Of a stretch of 52,469 nucleotides of DNA, positions 21,152 through 30,556 are shown in pieces (positions within the stretch are counted from its first letter, which is position 1; every line of letters begins with the position of its first letter). The notes below the pieces were generated by a model. That model had not been told where the DNA came from and ran no database searches. It saw nothing but the letters and a program-made list of their open reading frames with translations. Source of the stretch: a virus (Duplodnaviria; Caudoviricetes). The stretch covers positions 1-52,469 of IMG/VR virus record IMGVR_UViG_3300030331_002818. The stretch is one strand, 5' to 3'. The translations under genes were made by a program, and so were the position numbers.

Positions 21152-22180
21152 ATGGCACATATGGTAGAAACGATGGCATACGCAGGAGCCGTTCCTTGGC
21201 ATGGATTAGGAACTGCTGTTGATGGTAATATGTCCCCCCAAGAGATGCTGGTTGCGGCTGGTCTCGATTGGACAGTTAGTAAGCGTCCTGCTTACACAGT
21301 TGATAAACCAAATTGTTGGAATATCATCGACCCCACTGGTGAGGCTGGTTTTATCCGCGCACCAGATACACACTTCTTAGTACGTGATACTGATAACAAA
21401 GTGCTTTCGCATTGTGGTGAAGGTTACATACCTTTTCAAAATGCTGAAGTTATGGACTTCTTTAAAAAGTTTACCGATGCAGGGCAAATGACTATGGAAA
21501 CTGCTGGTAGCTTAAAAGAGGGTAAAGATGTATGGGGGTTAGCAAAACTAACTGATAAGTTCCAGTTAGCTGGTGATGATGAGGTTAAGGGTTACCTACT
21601 ACTTAACAATAGTCACCAAGTAGGTAAGGCGATGACCATTATGTTCACGCCTATCCGCGTTGTTTGTAATAACACTCTCACCCAAGCTATGAATATAGAG
21701 GGCAACCGCTTCCGCGTATTGCACTTGCAAATGTTCGATGAGGAGATACAAAAAGCTGCTGAAGAGGCTTTGGGTATTAGTGGTCAACAAATGGTGCAGT
21801 TTAAAGAGCAATCTGAGTTCTTAGCAAGCAAACGTGCTAAAGACTTTGATGTTGACAACTTTATTGCAGAGTTGTTTCAACCGCAGTTGCTTATTGAGCG
21901 AGCTAAAGATTCCAATAATGATAACCTACCACCGCTTCGTGATGAGTTTAAGCGTACAGCAGAACTTGTAAATGATGCGTTAGTTACGAGTCCTGGTGCG
22001 ACTATGAAGTCTGCTAAAGGTACTTGGTGGGGTGCGCTCAATGCGGTAACTTATGTTGTGGATCACCAAAAGCGTTCACAAGCTGAGGGTAATGCTTTAC
22101 ACTCTGCTTGGTTTGGCTCTGGTGCTAATACTAAACGTAAAGCACTGAGTAAGGCTTTGGAGTATGCCGAAGCTGCTTAA
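21152..22180 (+). CDS. DUF932 / TIGR03299-like phage/plasmid protein
   Basis: MAHMVETMAY...PWHGLG, AGLDWTV, ETAGSL, YLLL.NSH, TPIRVVCNNTL and GTWWGA.NAVT..DH. Confidence 0.85.
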   Translation: MAHMVETMAYAGAVPWHGLGTAVDGNMSPQEMLVAAGLDWTVSKRPAYTVDKPNCWNIIDPTGEAGFIRAPDTHFLVRDTDNKVLSHCGEGYIPFQNAEVMDFFKKFTDAGQMTMETAGSLKEGKDVWGLAKLTDKFQLAGDDEVKGYLLLNNSHQVGKAMTIMFTPIRVVCNNTLTQAMNIEGNRFRVLHLQMFDEEIQKAAEEALGISGQQMVQFKEQSEFLASKRAKDFDVDNFIAELFQPQLLIERAKDSNNDNLPPLRDEFKRTAELVNDALVTSPGATMKSAKGTWWGALNAVTYVVDHQKRSQAEGNALHSAWFGSGANTKRKALSKALEYAEAA

Positions 22181-22181
22181 C

Positions 22182-22255
22182 TTGACAAAGTAGTTCTTGT
22201 CGCGGTATGGTTCGTTAATTAAAATGAACCATACCGTTTTTCCATAGAAAGGGAG
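22182..22255 (+). promoter_or_regulatory. Sigma70-like promoter with an inverted repeat and extended RBS
   Basis: TTGACA at 22182; TATGGT at 22206; inverted repeat CGGTATGGTTC...GAACCATACCG at 22203-22236; TAGAAAGGGAG at 22245. Confidence 0.55.
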
Positions 22256-22261
22256 ATGTAA

Positions 22262-22861
22262 ATGTTTTATGCAATATGTGAAGCTACTCCAGGAAGCTCT
22301 GGATCTCCTTACACAGTATATAGGTTTGCTACGCTAGAATCTTTAAAAGAGTGTGAAGCGGTAAACGAGTATAGCATAATTTATAACGGTGAATCACCTA
22401 GACAATTAGTTGAGTTTTGCTCAATAGCAGAGCTACATGATGTAGCTTTTAATTTAGGTGGGGACACAACATTTGTTTCCCATCAACAAGCGGCTGACCA
22501 TGTGCATGAGGCAGTGGTTAAAAAAGCCAAAGTATGGAAACCTGAAGAGGAGCCAAGTATGTCTAACATACATGTAGATCAGTTTAATAATAAAGCACAG
22601 AAACATGAAGCAGAGGTAAAAGAAGCTAAGAAACCTCGTACTCGTTTTAGAAATGATGCTCGCATTATTGTGTTGAAAGATACACCCACTGTTCGTGAGG
22701 GTACTAATCGTTACCGTAATATGAAAGTAATTATGGAAAGTGCTACGGTTGGCGAAGCCCTAGCTAATCTTCGTGCATTAAACCCTGCTCCAGGATGTGG
22801 TGTTGATATTAGGATAGCGATAGAAGCTGGTGTTATAAAATTGGATTGGCAGGAGCAATAA
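22262..22861 (+). CDS. Hypothetical two-domain protein heading the DNA-modification operon
   Basis: Strong RBS; basic linker followed by a small C-terminal domain (REGTNRYR...ATVGEAL...DIRIAIEAGVIKL). Confidence 0.65.
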   Translation: MFYAICEATPGSSGSPYTVYRFATLESLKECEAVNEYSIIYNGESPRQLVEFCSIAELHDVAFNLGGDTTFVSHQQAADHVHEAVVKKAKVWKPEEEPSMSNIHVDQFNNKAQKHEAEVKEAKKPRTRFRNDARIIVLKDTPTVREGTNRYRNMKVIMESATVGEALANLRALNPAPGCGVDIRIAIEAGVIKLDWQEQ

Positions 22862-22863
22862 CC

Positions 22864-23760
22864 ATGTTGCCCGAAGCTGTAGAAAGTTACTTCGGTTGGA
22901 TTAATGAGCGGCACTCGATATACCAGCGTAGGTTATCGGGTGCGCCACCACCTTGGACTGATGACCCCATTTTGCAAGAATATAAATTTACAAACCCTTT
23001 TCGTGAGAATGATAGGGTAACTGTATGGATGCGGCAAAATTGGACAAAGCCAAACGATAATCGTTCACATAGTGAAATGATATTTAATTGTTGTCTGTTT
23101 CGTATGGTTGGCACAAGTGAGTTTGCCGAGGATCATGGGTGGGTGGAAGATTTTAACCCACAAAAAACCAAACACCTTATTGATTCAAGACTTTCTCTTG
23201 GTAAAAGAACATTTACTGGTGCATATATAATCACTAACCAAGGACTCAAAGCACCAAAGTCAGAGGTAGTAGTTGACCATTTCCTCACGCCCATATGGGA
23301 AAATAAAGAAACGCTGGCGAAGATTGCCCAACAAACGCAGTCGCTCCAAGCGTTACATGAAGCGATGGGTGCGTATAAAGGGTGGGGAGGAGGAGGTTTT
23401 ATGTCATACGAAGTGGTTACCGACCTCAACTACACACCTGTATTGGATAAGGCAAAAGACCGTTTTAGTTGGGCTAACGCGGGTCCAGGAGCTATACGAG
23501 GAATTAACCGTATCCTCGGAAGAGATTTAAAAAAGGGTATGACCCAGCCTATAGCTAACGAACACATGGTCAGGTTATTAAAACATGCACCTTATCATGT
23601 TTTAAAACATGTGCCTCTTGATCAGGTAGATATGCGTACGATTGAGCATAGCTTATGTGAGTGGGATAAATATGAGCGTGTAAGGTTAGGGCAAGGTAGA
23701 CCAAGAAGTATTTATCACCCTACTTTATTAACAGATACACCAAAAGGAGCCGTAGAATGA
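22864..23760 (+). CDS. aGPT-Pplase1 / 5-hmdU DNA kinase helical-domain family protein (HhH DNA-glycosylase-like fold)
   Basis: ERHSIY..R..G...PWTDDPILQEYKFTN..RENDRVT, HhH-like KGWGGGGFMSYEVVTDL, AGPGAIRGI and EHSLCEWDKYER. The ATG at 22864 follows AGGAG. Confidence 0.8.
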   Translation: MLPEAVESYFGWINERHSIYQRRLSGAPPPWTDDPILQEYKFTNPFRENDRVTVWMRQNWTKPNDNRSHSEMIFNCCLFRMVGTSEFAEDHGWVEDFNPQKTKHLIDSRLSLGKRTFTGAYIITNQGLKAPKSEVVVDHFLTPIWENKETLAKIAQQTQSLQALHEAMGAYKGWGGGGFMSYEVVTDLNYTPVLDKAKDRFSWANAGPGAIRGINRILGRDLKKGMTQPIANEHMVRLLKHAPYHVLKHVPLDQVDMRTIEHSLCEWDKYERVRLGQGRPRSIYHPTLLTDTPKGAVE

Positions 23761-25031
23761 AGTTTCTAATGACAATGTTTCAAATACAAGATTACGGTGG
23801 GATCATCAACCATGCCGAGTATCTTGCTAAAGGTTTAAAAGAGTTAGGCCATGAAGTTGATTTTACAATGCTTGTTCCTAAAAATAAGGTGGCGGGAAAC
23901 AGCTCTCCACCAAAAAACTTTGATCAATACCGTAAGGTCGGAACAGGATATTTACACCATCAAGCTAGGGGGTGGGTCGGTCTGCCAAAAGTGCCTTACC
24001 TTTCTAAATATCACAGGGATTTATTTAAACAGAAAGCCGCCAAATATGATGCTGTTTTATGGCATATTCCTGTACCCACTATGAGTAAAGAAAATAAAGG
24101 TATTACCGATTGGTTAGATTTGTACGGCCATGGCACTAAAAACATAGCCATCATACATGATGGTAATTTACCTGAGTTATACCCTCATTTAATACATGTA
24201 CATGAGATGTTTCATTCTGCCGTGTGTGTACATGAGTCAGCTATGGTTTCTGGAGACATGTTGCCCATACCACGCAAATTAATAGTAAATCCTTTTGATG
24301 TAAGTAAGGCTGATGGTTGGACTGACTTCGAAAGGCGAGAAGGGTTTGCAGCTATTCAAGTTTTTAAGGCTTGGAAGCGTGTAGATACTTTAATTCGTGC
24401 CATAAGATATATGGATAATAGTGAGTGTAAGCTCATAGGTGGAGAAGGTATTGAGTACCGATACATGACTAGTCCTGATAAATGCAAACCAAAATATTTT
24501 GATGAGACAGGTGAGCGCATATGGGATAGAGCCAAGCGTTATGGTATGCAGCACCTAGGAACTGTTCCAAATGATAAAGTGTTAGAAATATTAAAAACAG
24601 TCAAACTACAAATTGATCCAAGCTATAGTAAAAAATACTCTAGCTTCGGCGCACATTTTAATAGGACTACTGTAGAAGCAATAATCTGCGGCGCAGTTCC
24701 CGTAGCTACTGATTGGGGTATGTGGAACAGTGAAATATTTAAGGCTGGAGAAAATTATATAGAGATTCCCGCTGAGGGTAAAACATTTGTGATCGCTGAT
24801 ATTATCGATGATGCAGTGCATGATAAACAACAATGGATTCGTATAAAAGAAAACAATCTAAAATTGTTAGAGCTATTTGATATGCGTAATGTAGCTCAAA
24901 GCTATGTTGATTTAGTAAACAGTAATCAAGGATTACCTATTGGCACTCCCGATACAAAAGCCCTGCAAAAATGCCAAAAAAACTTAGAGTTCTTTGGTAT
25001 TGGCTCTACAGACCCCGTTCGAGTGGCTTAG
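23757..25031 (+). CDS. GT-B fold glycosyltransferase (GT4-like), putative DNA glycosyltransferase
   Basis: N-terminal YGGIINHAEYLAKGLKELGHEV; KAWKRVDTLIRA; FNRTTVEAIICGAVPV donor-binding motif; flanked by base-modification genes. Confidence 0.8.
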   Translation: MKFLMTMFQIQDYGGIINHAEYLAKGLKELGHEVDFTMLVPKNKVAGNSSPPKNFDQYRKVGTGYLHHQARGWVGLPKVPYLSKYHRDLFKQKAAKYDAVLWHIPVPTMSKENKGITDWLDLYGHGTKNIAIIHDGNLPELYPHLIHVHEMFHSAVCVHESAMVSGDMLPIPRKLIVNPFDVSKADGWTDFERREGFAAIQVFKAWKRVDTLIRAIRYMDNSECKLIGGEGIEYRYMTSPDKCKPKYFDETGERIWDRAKRYGMQHLGTVPNDKVLEILKTVKLQIDPSYSKKYSSFGAHFNRTTVEAIICGAVPVATDWGMWNSEIFKAGENYIEIPAEGKTFVIADIIDDAVHDKQQWIRIKENNLKLLELFDMRNVAQSYVDLVNSNQGLPIGTPDTKALQKCQKNLEFFGIGSTDPVRVA

Positions 25032-25089
25032 TGTTTTTAGGCCACCAACCTACCACCCATAACCTTAGATACGATCGAGGAGGCTTTAT

Positions 25090-26067
25090 ATGCGGTCAAT
25101 TTTAGCTAGGGGTGTAAGTGAAGCCCTCTATATAGGGCAACAAGCCTTATTTTCATCAGGTAAGCAGGTTGAAACACGTAATGGTCCCGTGTTAGAATTT
25201 GATACTCCTGTTATGACAACTTACACCCATAGTCGTGAGAGAGTTCTGTTTTACCCAGAACGTGATGCTAACCCATATTTTCATTTAATGGAAAGTTTAT
25301 GGATGTTGGCAGGGCGTAATGATGTGCCATGGATTTTAAGTTTTAATGGTCGCATGAATACATATAGTGATGATGGTAAAACTTTCCACGGTGCTTATGG
25401 ATACAGATGGAGGGAGTGGTTTGGTAAAGATCAATTAAAAACTGTTCTGTTTAGATTAGGCACTTACCGTAATGATCGTAGGGCTGTGTTAGGTATATGG
25501 GATCCTCACCAAGACTTAGTTGAAACCAACGATGGTAAAGATTACCCCTGTAATACCCAGATATATTTTTGGGAGCGTAGGGGTGAATTAAATATGACTG
25601 TAACTAATCGTAGTAATGATATGATCTGGGGTGCGTATGGTGCTAATGCTGTTCATATGTCTGTCTTGTTAGAGTATATGGCTGCGATGCTCGGATATGC
25701 TGTAGGCACGTATTATCAATTTAGTAATAACCTTCATGCGTATACAGATGTTTTAAAAAAGTTAGAAGGTATGCAAGCAGATTATGAACCATATCTTACA
25801 TTAGCCGAGGATGGATTAAGTTATAACCCACCATCTTTAGTTGATGATCCTGATACATTTGATCAAGAACTGCAAGAATGGTTTTTAGATGAAGCAAGAG
25901 TAACTTACAATAATGTTTATTTAGGTACGACTTGTGGAAATATGCGTAAATCGTGGAGGTTTTGGAAGAGTAAAAATTATCAAAATGCTTTTCATTGTGC
26001 CAATGCAATAGAAGATCGCGCATGGCGTAAAGCCTGTATAGAATGGCTGCAAAGGAGAATTAAGTGA
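25090..26067 (+). CDS. Thymidylate synthase homologue, probable dUMP hydroxymethyltransferase
   Basis: TRNG, ESLWMLAG, GAYG.RWR, RRAVL.IWDP, catalytic DYPCN, RSND, WGAYGAN (Asn, the uracil-specific type) and NLHAY. Confidence 0.82.
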   Translation: MRSILARGVSEALYIGQQALFSSGKQVETRNGPVLEFDTPVMTTYTHSRERVLFYPERDANPYFHLMESLWMLAGRNDVPWILSFNGRMNTYSDDGKTFHGAYGYRWREWFGKDQLKTVLFRLGTYRNDRRAVLGIWDPHQDLVETNDGKDYPCNTQIYFWERRGELNMTVTNRSNDMIWGAYGANAVHMSVLLEYMAAMLGYAVGTYYQFSNNLHAYTDVLKKLEGMQADYEPYLTLAEDGLSYNPPSLVDDPDTFDQELQEWFLDEARVTYNNVYLGTTCGNMRKSWRFWKSKNYQNAFHCANAIEDRAWRKACIEWLQRRIK

Positions 26068-26423
26068 TTAGGGAAGGACATGAAGATTATATGAAACGTA
26101 GATTAAAAGAAGAAGAGGTAAGCTCTGTTATTAAAGAAGTTGGTAAGCTCAGTGTATTAGATCATGTAAAATTAGAAGAAGCTGAGCGATCTTATGGCGA
26201 TAGCTGGAAACAACGCGGTGGTGTTGGTGCTTTTATGATGTTAGCTCGCAAGTGGGATAGACTTGAAAAACAAGTTACAGAGTATAACTACGATGTGTTT
26301 AAGGCTGTGCAAAAAGATAAAAGGCAGGAAGGTATAATAGATGATATACGTGACCTGCGTAGGTATTTATTTCTTGTAGAAGCGGAGATGATTTTACAAG
26401 GCCATGTCAGAAAACAAAAGTAA
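26064..26423 (+). CDS. MazG-like / nucleotide-modification-associated (Nmad1-like) helical protein
   Basis: SYGDSWK..G..GAFMMLARKWDRL and D.IRDLRRY pattern; adjacent to the TS homologue. Confidence 0.6.
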   Translation: MIREGHEDYMKRRLKEEEVSSVIKEVGKLSVLDHVKLEEAERSYGDSWKQRGGVGAFMMLARKWDRLEKQVTEYNYDVFKAVQKDKRQEGIIDDIRDLRRYLFLVEAEMILQGHVRKQK

Positions 26424-26580
26424 TTTGGATAAAGAAGTATTGGCTGAGTGTGAGTGCGGAAGAGAAACGAAGATTGTTACTTTTCGTAACTTAAAAAATA
26501 GATGGCCGATATGTAGTAAATGCAAACGACCAATGAAAGTAAAAGGTAATGCAGTACCCATTGTTTCAACCGCCGACTGA
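26404..26580 (+). CDS. Small zinc-finger protein (58 aa, not in the ORF track)
   Basis: MSENKS...CECG...WPICSKCKRPM; fills the gap between 26423 and polA. Confidence 0.55.
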   Translation: MSENKSNLDKEVLAECECGRETKIVTFRNLKNRWPICSKCKRPMKVKGNAVPIVSTAD

Positions 26581-28477
26581 GTGGGTTATGCCTGATGGTT
26601 ATCCTGATATTTCTAATGCAGAAGAAGTTGCTATTGATTTAGAAACACGCGATCCTAACCTTACTGTATTAGGAAGTGGTTGGCCTAGAAAAGATGGTCA
26701 TATAATCGGTATAGCCGTGGCAGTGCAAGGTGATCAATGGTACTTCCCCATCAGGCACGAGATCGGTCCTAATTTTGATGTAAATAGAACATTGGGGTGG
26801 TTATCAGATGTTTGTAAAATTGATAGGGATTATATTTTCCATAATGCTCCTTACGATGTTGGCTGGTTGCTCGCAGAAAATGTGTTGGTCAAGGGCAGAA
26901 TCATCGACACTATGGTCGTTGCGCCATTGTTAGATGAAAATAGATTTAGCTATGCGTTAAATGCAGTTGGTAGAGATTACTTACAAGAGCGTAAAAGTGA
27001 AGCTGAATTAAGAGAAGCTGCCGAGGCTTTTGGTATCAATGCAAAAAGTGAGATGTATAAACTTCCTGCTCATCATGTAGGTATGTATGCTGAACAAGAT
27101 GCCGCCCTGACATTAAAACTCTGGCAACATTTTAAAACTTTAATAATAAAAGAAGATATCAAAGATATCTTTGAACTTGAAACTAATGTCCTTAAAACGA
27201 TTATACCAATGCGTGAACGTGGTGTTAGAGTTGATTTAGATAAATGTGAACGTATTAAACAAGAGTTATCACAAAAAGAACAAAAGTTATTAGGATTAAT
27301 AAAAAGACAAACAGGTGTGGAAGTAGAAATATGGGCGGCAGAGAGTGTAGCTAAAGCTTTTGATGCAATGAATCTACCTTACAGTAAAACAGAAAAGACT
27401 GGTGCGCCTAGTTTTACTAAAGGGTTTTTAAGTAATCACCCACACGAAGTGCCGCAAATGATTGTACAGGCTAGGGAATATCAAAAAGCTCGTAGCACAT
27501 TTGTAGATGCTATACTTAAACACCAAATAAACGGACGAATACATGCTGAGTTACATCCTTTACGTAGTGATGGAGGAGGCACAGTTACTGGTAGATTTAG
27601 TTATAGCAACCCTAATCTTCAGCAAATACCAGCAAGGCATGGCGAAATAGGTCCAATGATACGTAGTTTGTTTATACCTGAACAAGACTGTCTATGGGGC
27701 GCATTTGATTACTCCAGCCAAGAACCGCGTATTGTTGTGCATTATGCTAAACTGATGGGCTTCAGAGGGGCTTCTGACTTTGCAGAGCAATATAATTCTG
27801 ACCCACGTACAGATTTTCACCAAATGGCGGCTGATATTGTAGGCGTCCCGCGTAAACAAGCTAAAGATATTAATCTCGGTTTATTTTATGGGATGGGTAG
27901 TAAAAAGTTAGCCGCGAGCCTTGGCTTAGAGTTTGAGGATGCTCAAGAACTGTTCGCCACATACCATGATAAAGTACCTTTTGTACGAGAACTTAGTGAG
28001 TATAGCACTAACCGAGCCAGCTCACGTGGGGTTATTCGTACCTTGTTAGGACGCAGGTGTAGGTTTGATAAGTGGGAACCAAATAAGTATGGGAGTTGGA
28101 AACCTATGACTTATCAAGAAGCCTATGCAGAACATGGTCCTGGAATCAAAAGAGCATTTACATACAAAGCATTAAATAAATTAATCCAAGGCAGTGCGGC
28201 AGATCAAACAAAAGCAGCGATGGTAGCATTAGCTGATGAAGGTATACTACCTATGATTCAAGTGCATGATGAGTTAGATGTATCTGTTGAGTCAGAAGAA
28301 CAAGCAAAAAAGATAACTGAAATTATGCAAGATTGTGTTAAGTTAGAAGTTCCCTCCATAGTAGATGCCGAGTTTGGTCCAAACTGGGGAGAGGCAAAAC
28401 AAACATTCACGGAAAAGCCGTGGTTAAGAGGAATAAAAGATGGCAGCACAGAAATGCAGCATAACATCACGAATTAA
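26549..28477 (+). CDS. polA: Family A DNA polymerase with 3'-5' exonuclease
   Basis: Exo I DLET, HNAPYD, YAEQDA; TGRFSYSNPNLQQIP; motif A DYSSQEPR; motif B KDINLGLFYG; motif C QVHDEL. Confidence 0.96.
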   Translation: MQYPLFQPPTEWVMPDGYPDISNAEEVAIDLETRDPNLTVLGSGWPRKDGHIIGIAVAVQGDQWYFPIRHEIGPNFDVNRTLGWLSDVCKIDRDYIFHNAPYDVGWLLAENVLVKGRIIDTMVVAPLLDENRFSYALNAVGRDYLQERKSEAELREAAEAFGINAKSEMYKLPAHHVGMYAEQDAALTLKLWQHFKTLIIKEDIKDIFELETNVLKTIIPMRERGVRVDLDKCERIKQELSQKEQKLLGLIKRQTGVEVEIWAAESVAKAFDAMNLPYSKTEKTGAPSFTKGFLSNHPHEVPQMIVQAREYQKARSTFVDAILKHQINGRIHAELHPLRSDGGGTVTGRFSYSNPNLQQIPARHGEIGPMIRSLFIPEQDCLWGAFDYSSQEPRIVVHYAKLMGFRGASDFAEQYNSDPRTDFHQMAADIVGVPRKQAKDINLGLFYGMGSKKLAASLGLEFEDAQELFATYHDKVPFVRELSEYSTNRASSRGVIRTLLGRRCRFDKWEPNKYGSWKPMTYQEAYAEHGPGIKRAFTYKALNKLIQGSAADQTKAAMVALADEGILPMIQVHDELDVSVESEEQAKKITEIMQDCVKLEVPSIVDAEFGPNWGEAKQTFTEKPWLRGIKDGSTEMQHNITN

Positions 28478-28973
28478 AACATTAACAACAGTATGGGATG
28501 CTCAGTTTGTACTGAGATATCACACTGTTGCAAATCAATCAGAGAGGCAAACAGTGGGAGCGCATTCGTATGCAGTAAGTGTTTTAATTGATCAGCTATG
28601 GCCTGACAGTTCAAAACAACTCATTATGGCAGCATTATATCACGATGTACCAGAAATAATTTTAGGGGATATTCCAGCAACAGCTAAGTGGTCTTATCCA
28701 GAAATACATCAAGCCTTTGTAAAAGCTGAGAAAAAAGTATTTGAAGATCTTGGTTTGATGTTTGTACTTAGCCCAGAAGAAAAAATACGATTGAAGATGG
28801 CAGATATGCTTGAGTTAGTTTTATATACTCATCGTCATTCGCAGGGCAGTGAGCAAATGAAAATGATAATGCACTCTGGTATGAATTATTTATATGAGAA
28901 ATTTTCTTCGCATAAAGATTTTGAACCAATAAAAAAGGTTCTGGCTCATTATAATTTAGGAGGCGTACCGTGA
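28440..28973 (+). CDS. HD-domain nucleotide phosphohydrolase (YfbR/DatZ-like)
   Basis: RYHT...QTVGAHS, ALYHDVPE...GDIP and LKMADMLE. Confidence 0.85.
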   Translation: MAAQKCSITSRIKTLTTVWDAQFVLRYHTVANQSERQTVGAHSYAVSVLIDQLWPDSSKQLIMAALYHDVPEIILGDIPATAKWSYPEIHQAFVKAEKKVFEDLGLMFVLSPEEKIRLKMADMLELVLYTHRHSQGSEQMKMIMHSGMNYLYEKFSSHKDFEPIKKVLAHYNLGGVP

Positions 28974-29248
28974 ACTGCATCAAATGTGGCAAAAAAAGTA
29001 AAGTTTATAACAGCCGACCTCACCAAGATACTATTAAAAGACATAGGAAATGTTTGAAGTGCGGTCATAAATACGCCACATTAGAAGTATTATTTACAGT
29101 AGAAGAATTACCGAAACCTAAACCACCAAAATTGAAACTTGTTAAAAAACCTGTAAGAAAAAAGAAGATTCGGTTCGATGATTTAGATTTAAGTAGAATG
29201 ACTGATGAGGAAATAGAGGCAGCTATATCTAGTGGCGATTATCTGTAA
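28970..29248 (+). CDS. NrdR N-terminal-like zinc-ribbon protein
   Basis: MNCIKCG...KVYNSR......RHRKCLKCGHKYATLE. Confidence 0.7.
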   Translation: MNCIKCGKKSKVYNSRPHQDTIKRHRKCLKCGHKYATLEVLFTVEELPKPKPPKLKLVKKPVRKKKIRFDDLDLSRMTDEEIEAAISSGDYL

Positions 29249-29295
29249 GAGCAAAAAAGAACAGTCTTTGTTATGCTATTATTGTAAAAATAAGC

Positions 29296-29793
29296 ATGAA
29301 TATATTTATCGTTGATTGGAATCATACAATTTGCGCTCAATGGCATTGCGATAAACATGTTGTTAAAATGCCACTTGAGTCTACACAAATGCTCAGCACT
29401 GTACATCATAGGTATAGTGCTGATGGACCATACTTACCTGTACATCAAAAACATCCCTGCACTCTTTGGGCTGGTCAGACGGTAGAAAATTATCGCTGGC
29501 TATGGCAGTTAGGTATCGCTTTATGTAAAGAATATACTTATCGTTTTGGTAAGGTACATGGTTGTGAGCGTGTGCTCGCAATGTTACGTTGTCCACCAAT
29601 ACAGTTAAAAGCGAGAGGATTTACTAAACCAGCTCAGGCAATGCCAGATGAGTATAAGCATTCTGACACGATAATTGCATACCAAGATTATTACATTTAT
29701 GAAAAAGCGAGGATATGCTCATGGCGCAAAAGACCAATACCGCCCTTTATGCAGGAGATAATGTCATCCCCTTCACTCCGAGAGACAGGGTGA
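29296..29793 (+). CDS. Pyrimidine-dimer DNA glycosylase / endonuclease V-like protein
   Basis: MNIF....AQWHCDKHVVKMPLESTQMLST, HPCTLW, EYTYRFGKVH, QAMPDEYK and AYQDYY..EK. Confidence 0.75.
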   Translation: MNIFIVDWNHTICAQWHCDKHVVKMPLESTQMLSTVHHRYSADGPYLPVHQKHPCTLWAGQTVENYRWLWQLGIALCKEYTYRFGKVHGCERVLAMLRCPPIQLKARGFTKPAQAMPDEYKHSDTIIAYQDYYIYEKARICSWRKRPIPPFMQEIMSSPSLRETG

Positions 29794-29966
29794 CCCATCA
29801 TAGAGGAGAGAGCCAAATCATAACAGAACACGAAGTAGAGATATTACTCTGCTCGCTCTGTGGATCTAGTTCTTTTCAACTCATATCTGGGATGGAAGGA
29901 CAGATCTCATGTGGAGAATGTGGATACTTGACTGGAGCCAAATGGAGACCTAATACAGAAGAGTAA
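29715..29966 (+). CDS. Small zinc-finger protein
   Basis: CSLCGS...CGECG pair; DNVIPFTP motif. Confidence 0.6.
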   Translation: MLMAQKTNTALYAGDNVIPFTPRDRVTHHRGESQIITEHEVEILLCSLCGSSSFQLISGMEGQISCGECGYLTGAKWRPNTEE

Positions 29967-30111
29967 AGAAGATGCGTAAAGAGTTGTTTTTGATAATCTT
30001 TTTTGGCATAGTATAATTATAAGTATGGCGGCCTTCTCCATGTTTGTTATCATATCTCTCGGCCGTCATACTTATGCTTTTTGTAACAGTTGTCATAGAA
30101 AGGACATAGTT

Positions 30112-30459
30112 ATGACAAATAAAACATTCTTAGAACAAGTGCAATCTATCATGCAATCACGCACAAATGTAATCAGTGATCCAACTCTCACTGATACATC
30201 TTGTGATATATGGATCACCGAGATAGAACGATTGGTTGTCACTCGTATACAGCCCGATGATTATATGTTAGTGTGTTATCACTATCCACATATTGATGGA
30301 CCATCAACCGTTGTCCCTGTTTCTGATGAGCCTGAATGTATCGCTTTACAATTAGCCAGCGATGTAGGAGAAAAAGCATTACTTGAGGCTGTGTATCATA
30401 TTTTAGATATACCAAGGGCTACTGATTTACAGTATGTAATTCCAAAAGTCTCAAAGTAA
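30112..30459 (+). CDS. Hypothetical protein
   Basis: The in-frame ATG at 30112 follows TAGAAAGGA and is preferred to the track start at 30025. Confidence 0.6.
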   Translation: MTNKTFLEQVQSIMQSRTNVISDPTLTDTSCDIWITEIERLVVTRIQPDDYMLVCYHYPHIDGPSTVVPVSDEPECIALQLASDVGEKALLEAVYHILDIPRATDLQYVIPKVSK

Positions 30460-30556
30460 CCTGATACAATAAGATAATATAGGTATGGTCTATCAATAAG
30501 TCCATACCTATATATTGTAAATGCAGTATAACAACACTCGTAGAAAGGAGTATGAT

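Noticed and set aside
25090-26067. dCMP hydroxymethylase with T4-like glucosyl-hmC
   Set aside because: The specificity residue after RSND..WG appears to be Asn (uracil type) rather than Asp, and the neighbouring aGPT-Pplase1-type gene is associated with thymine modification. The alignment needs a one-residue gap, so confirm by phylogeny.
28440-28973. DatZ of a 2-aminoadenine (Z-genome) pathway
   Set aside because: No PurZ/adenylosuccinate-synthetase homologue is present in the window; the context points to pyrimidine modification.
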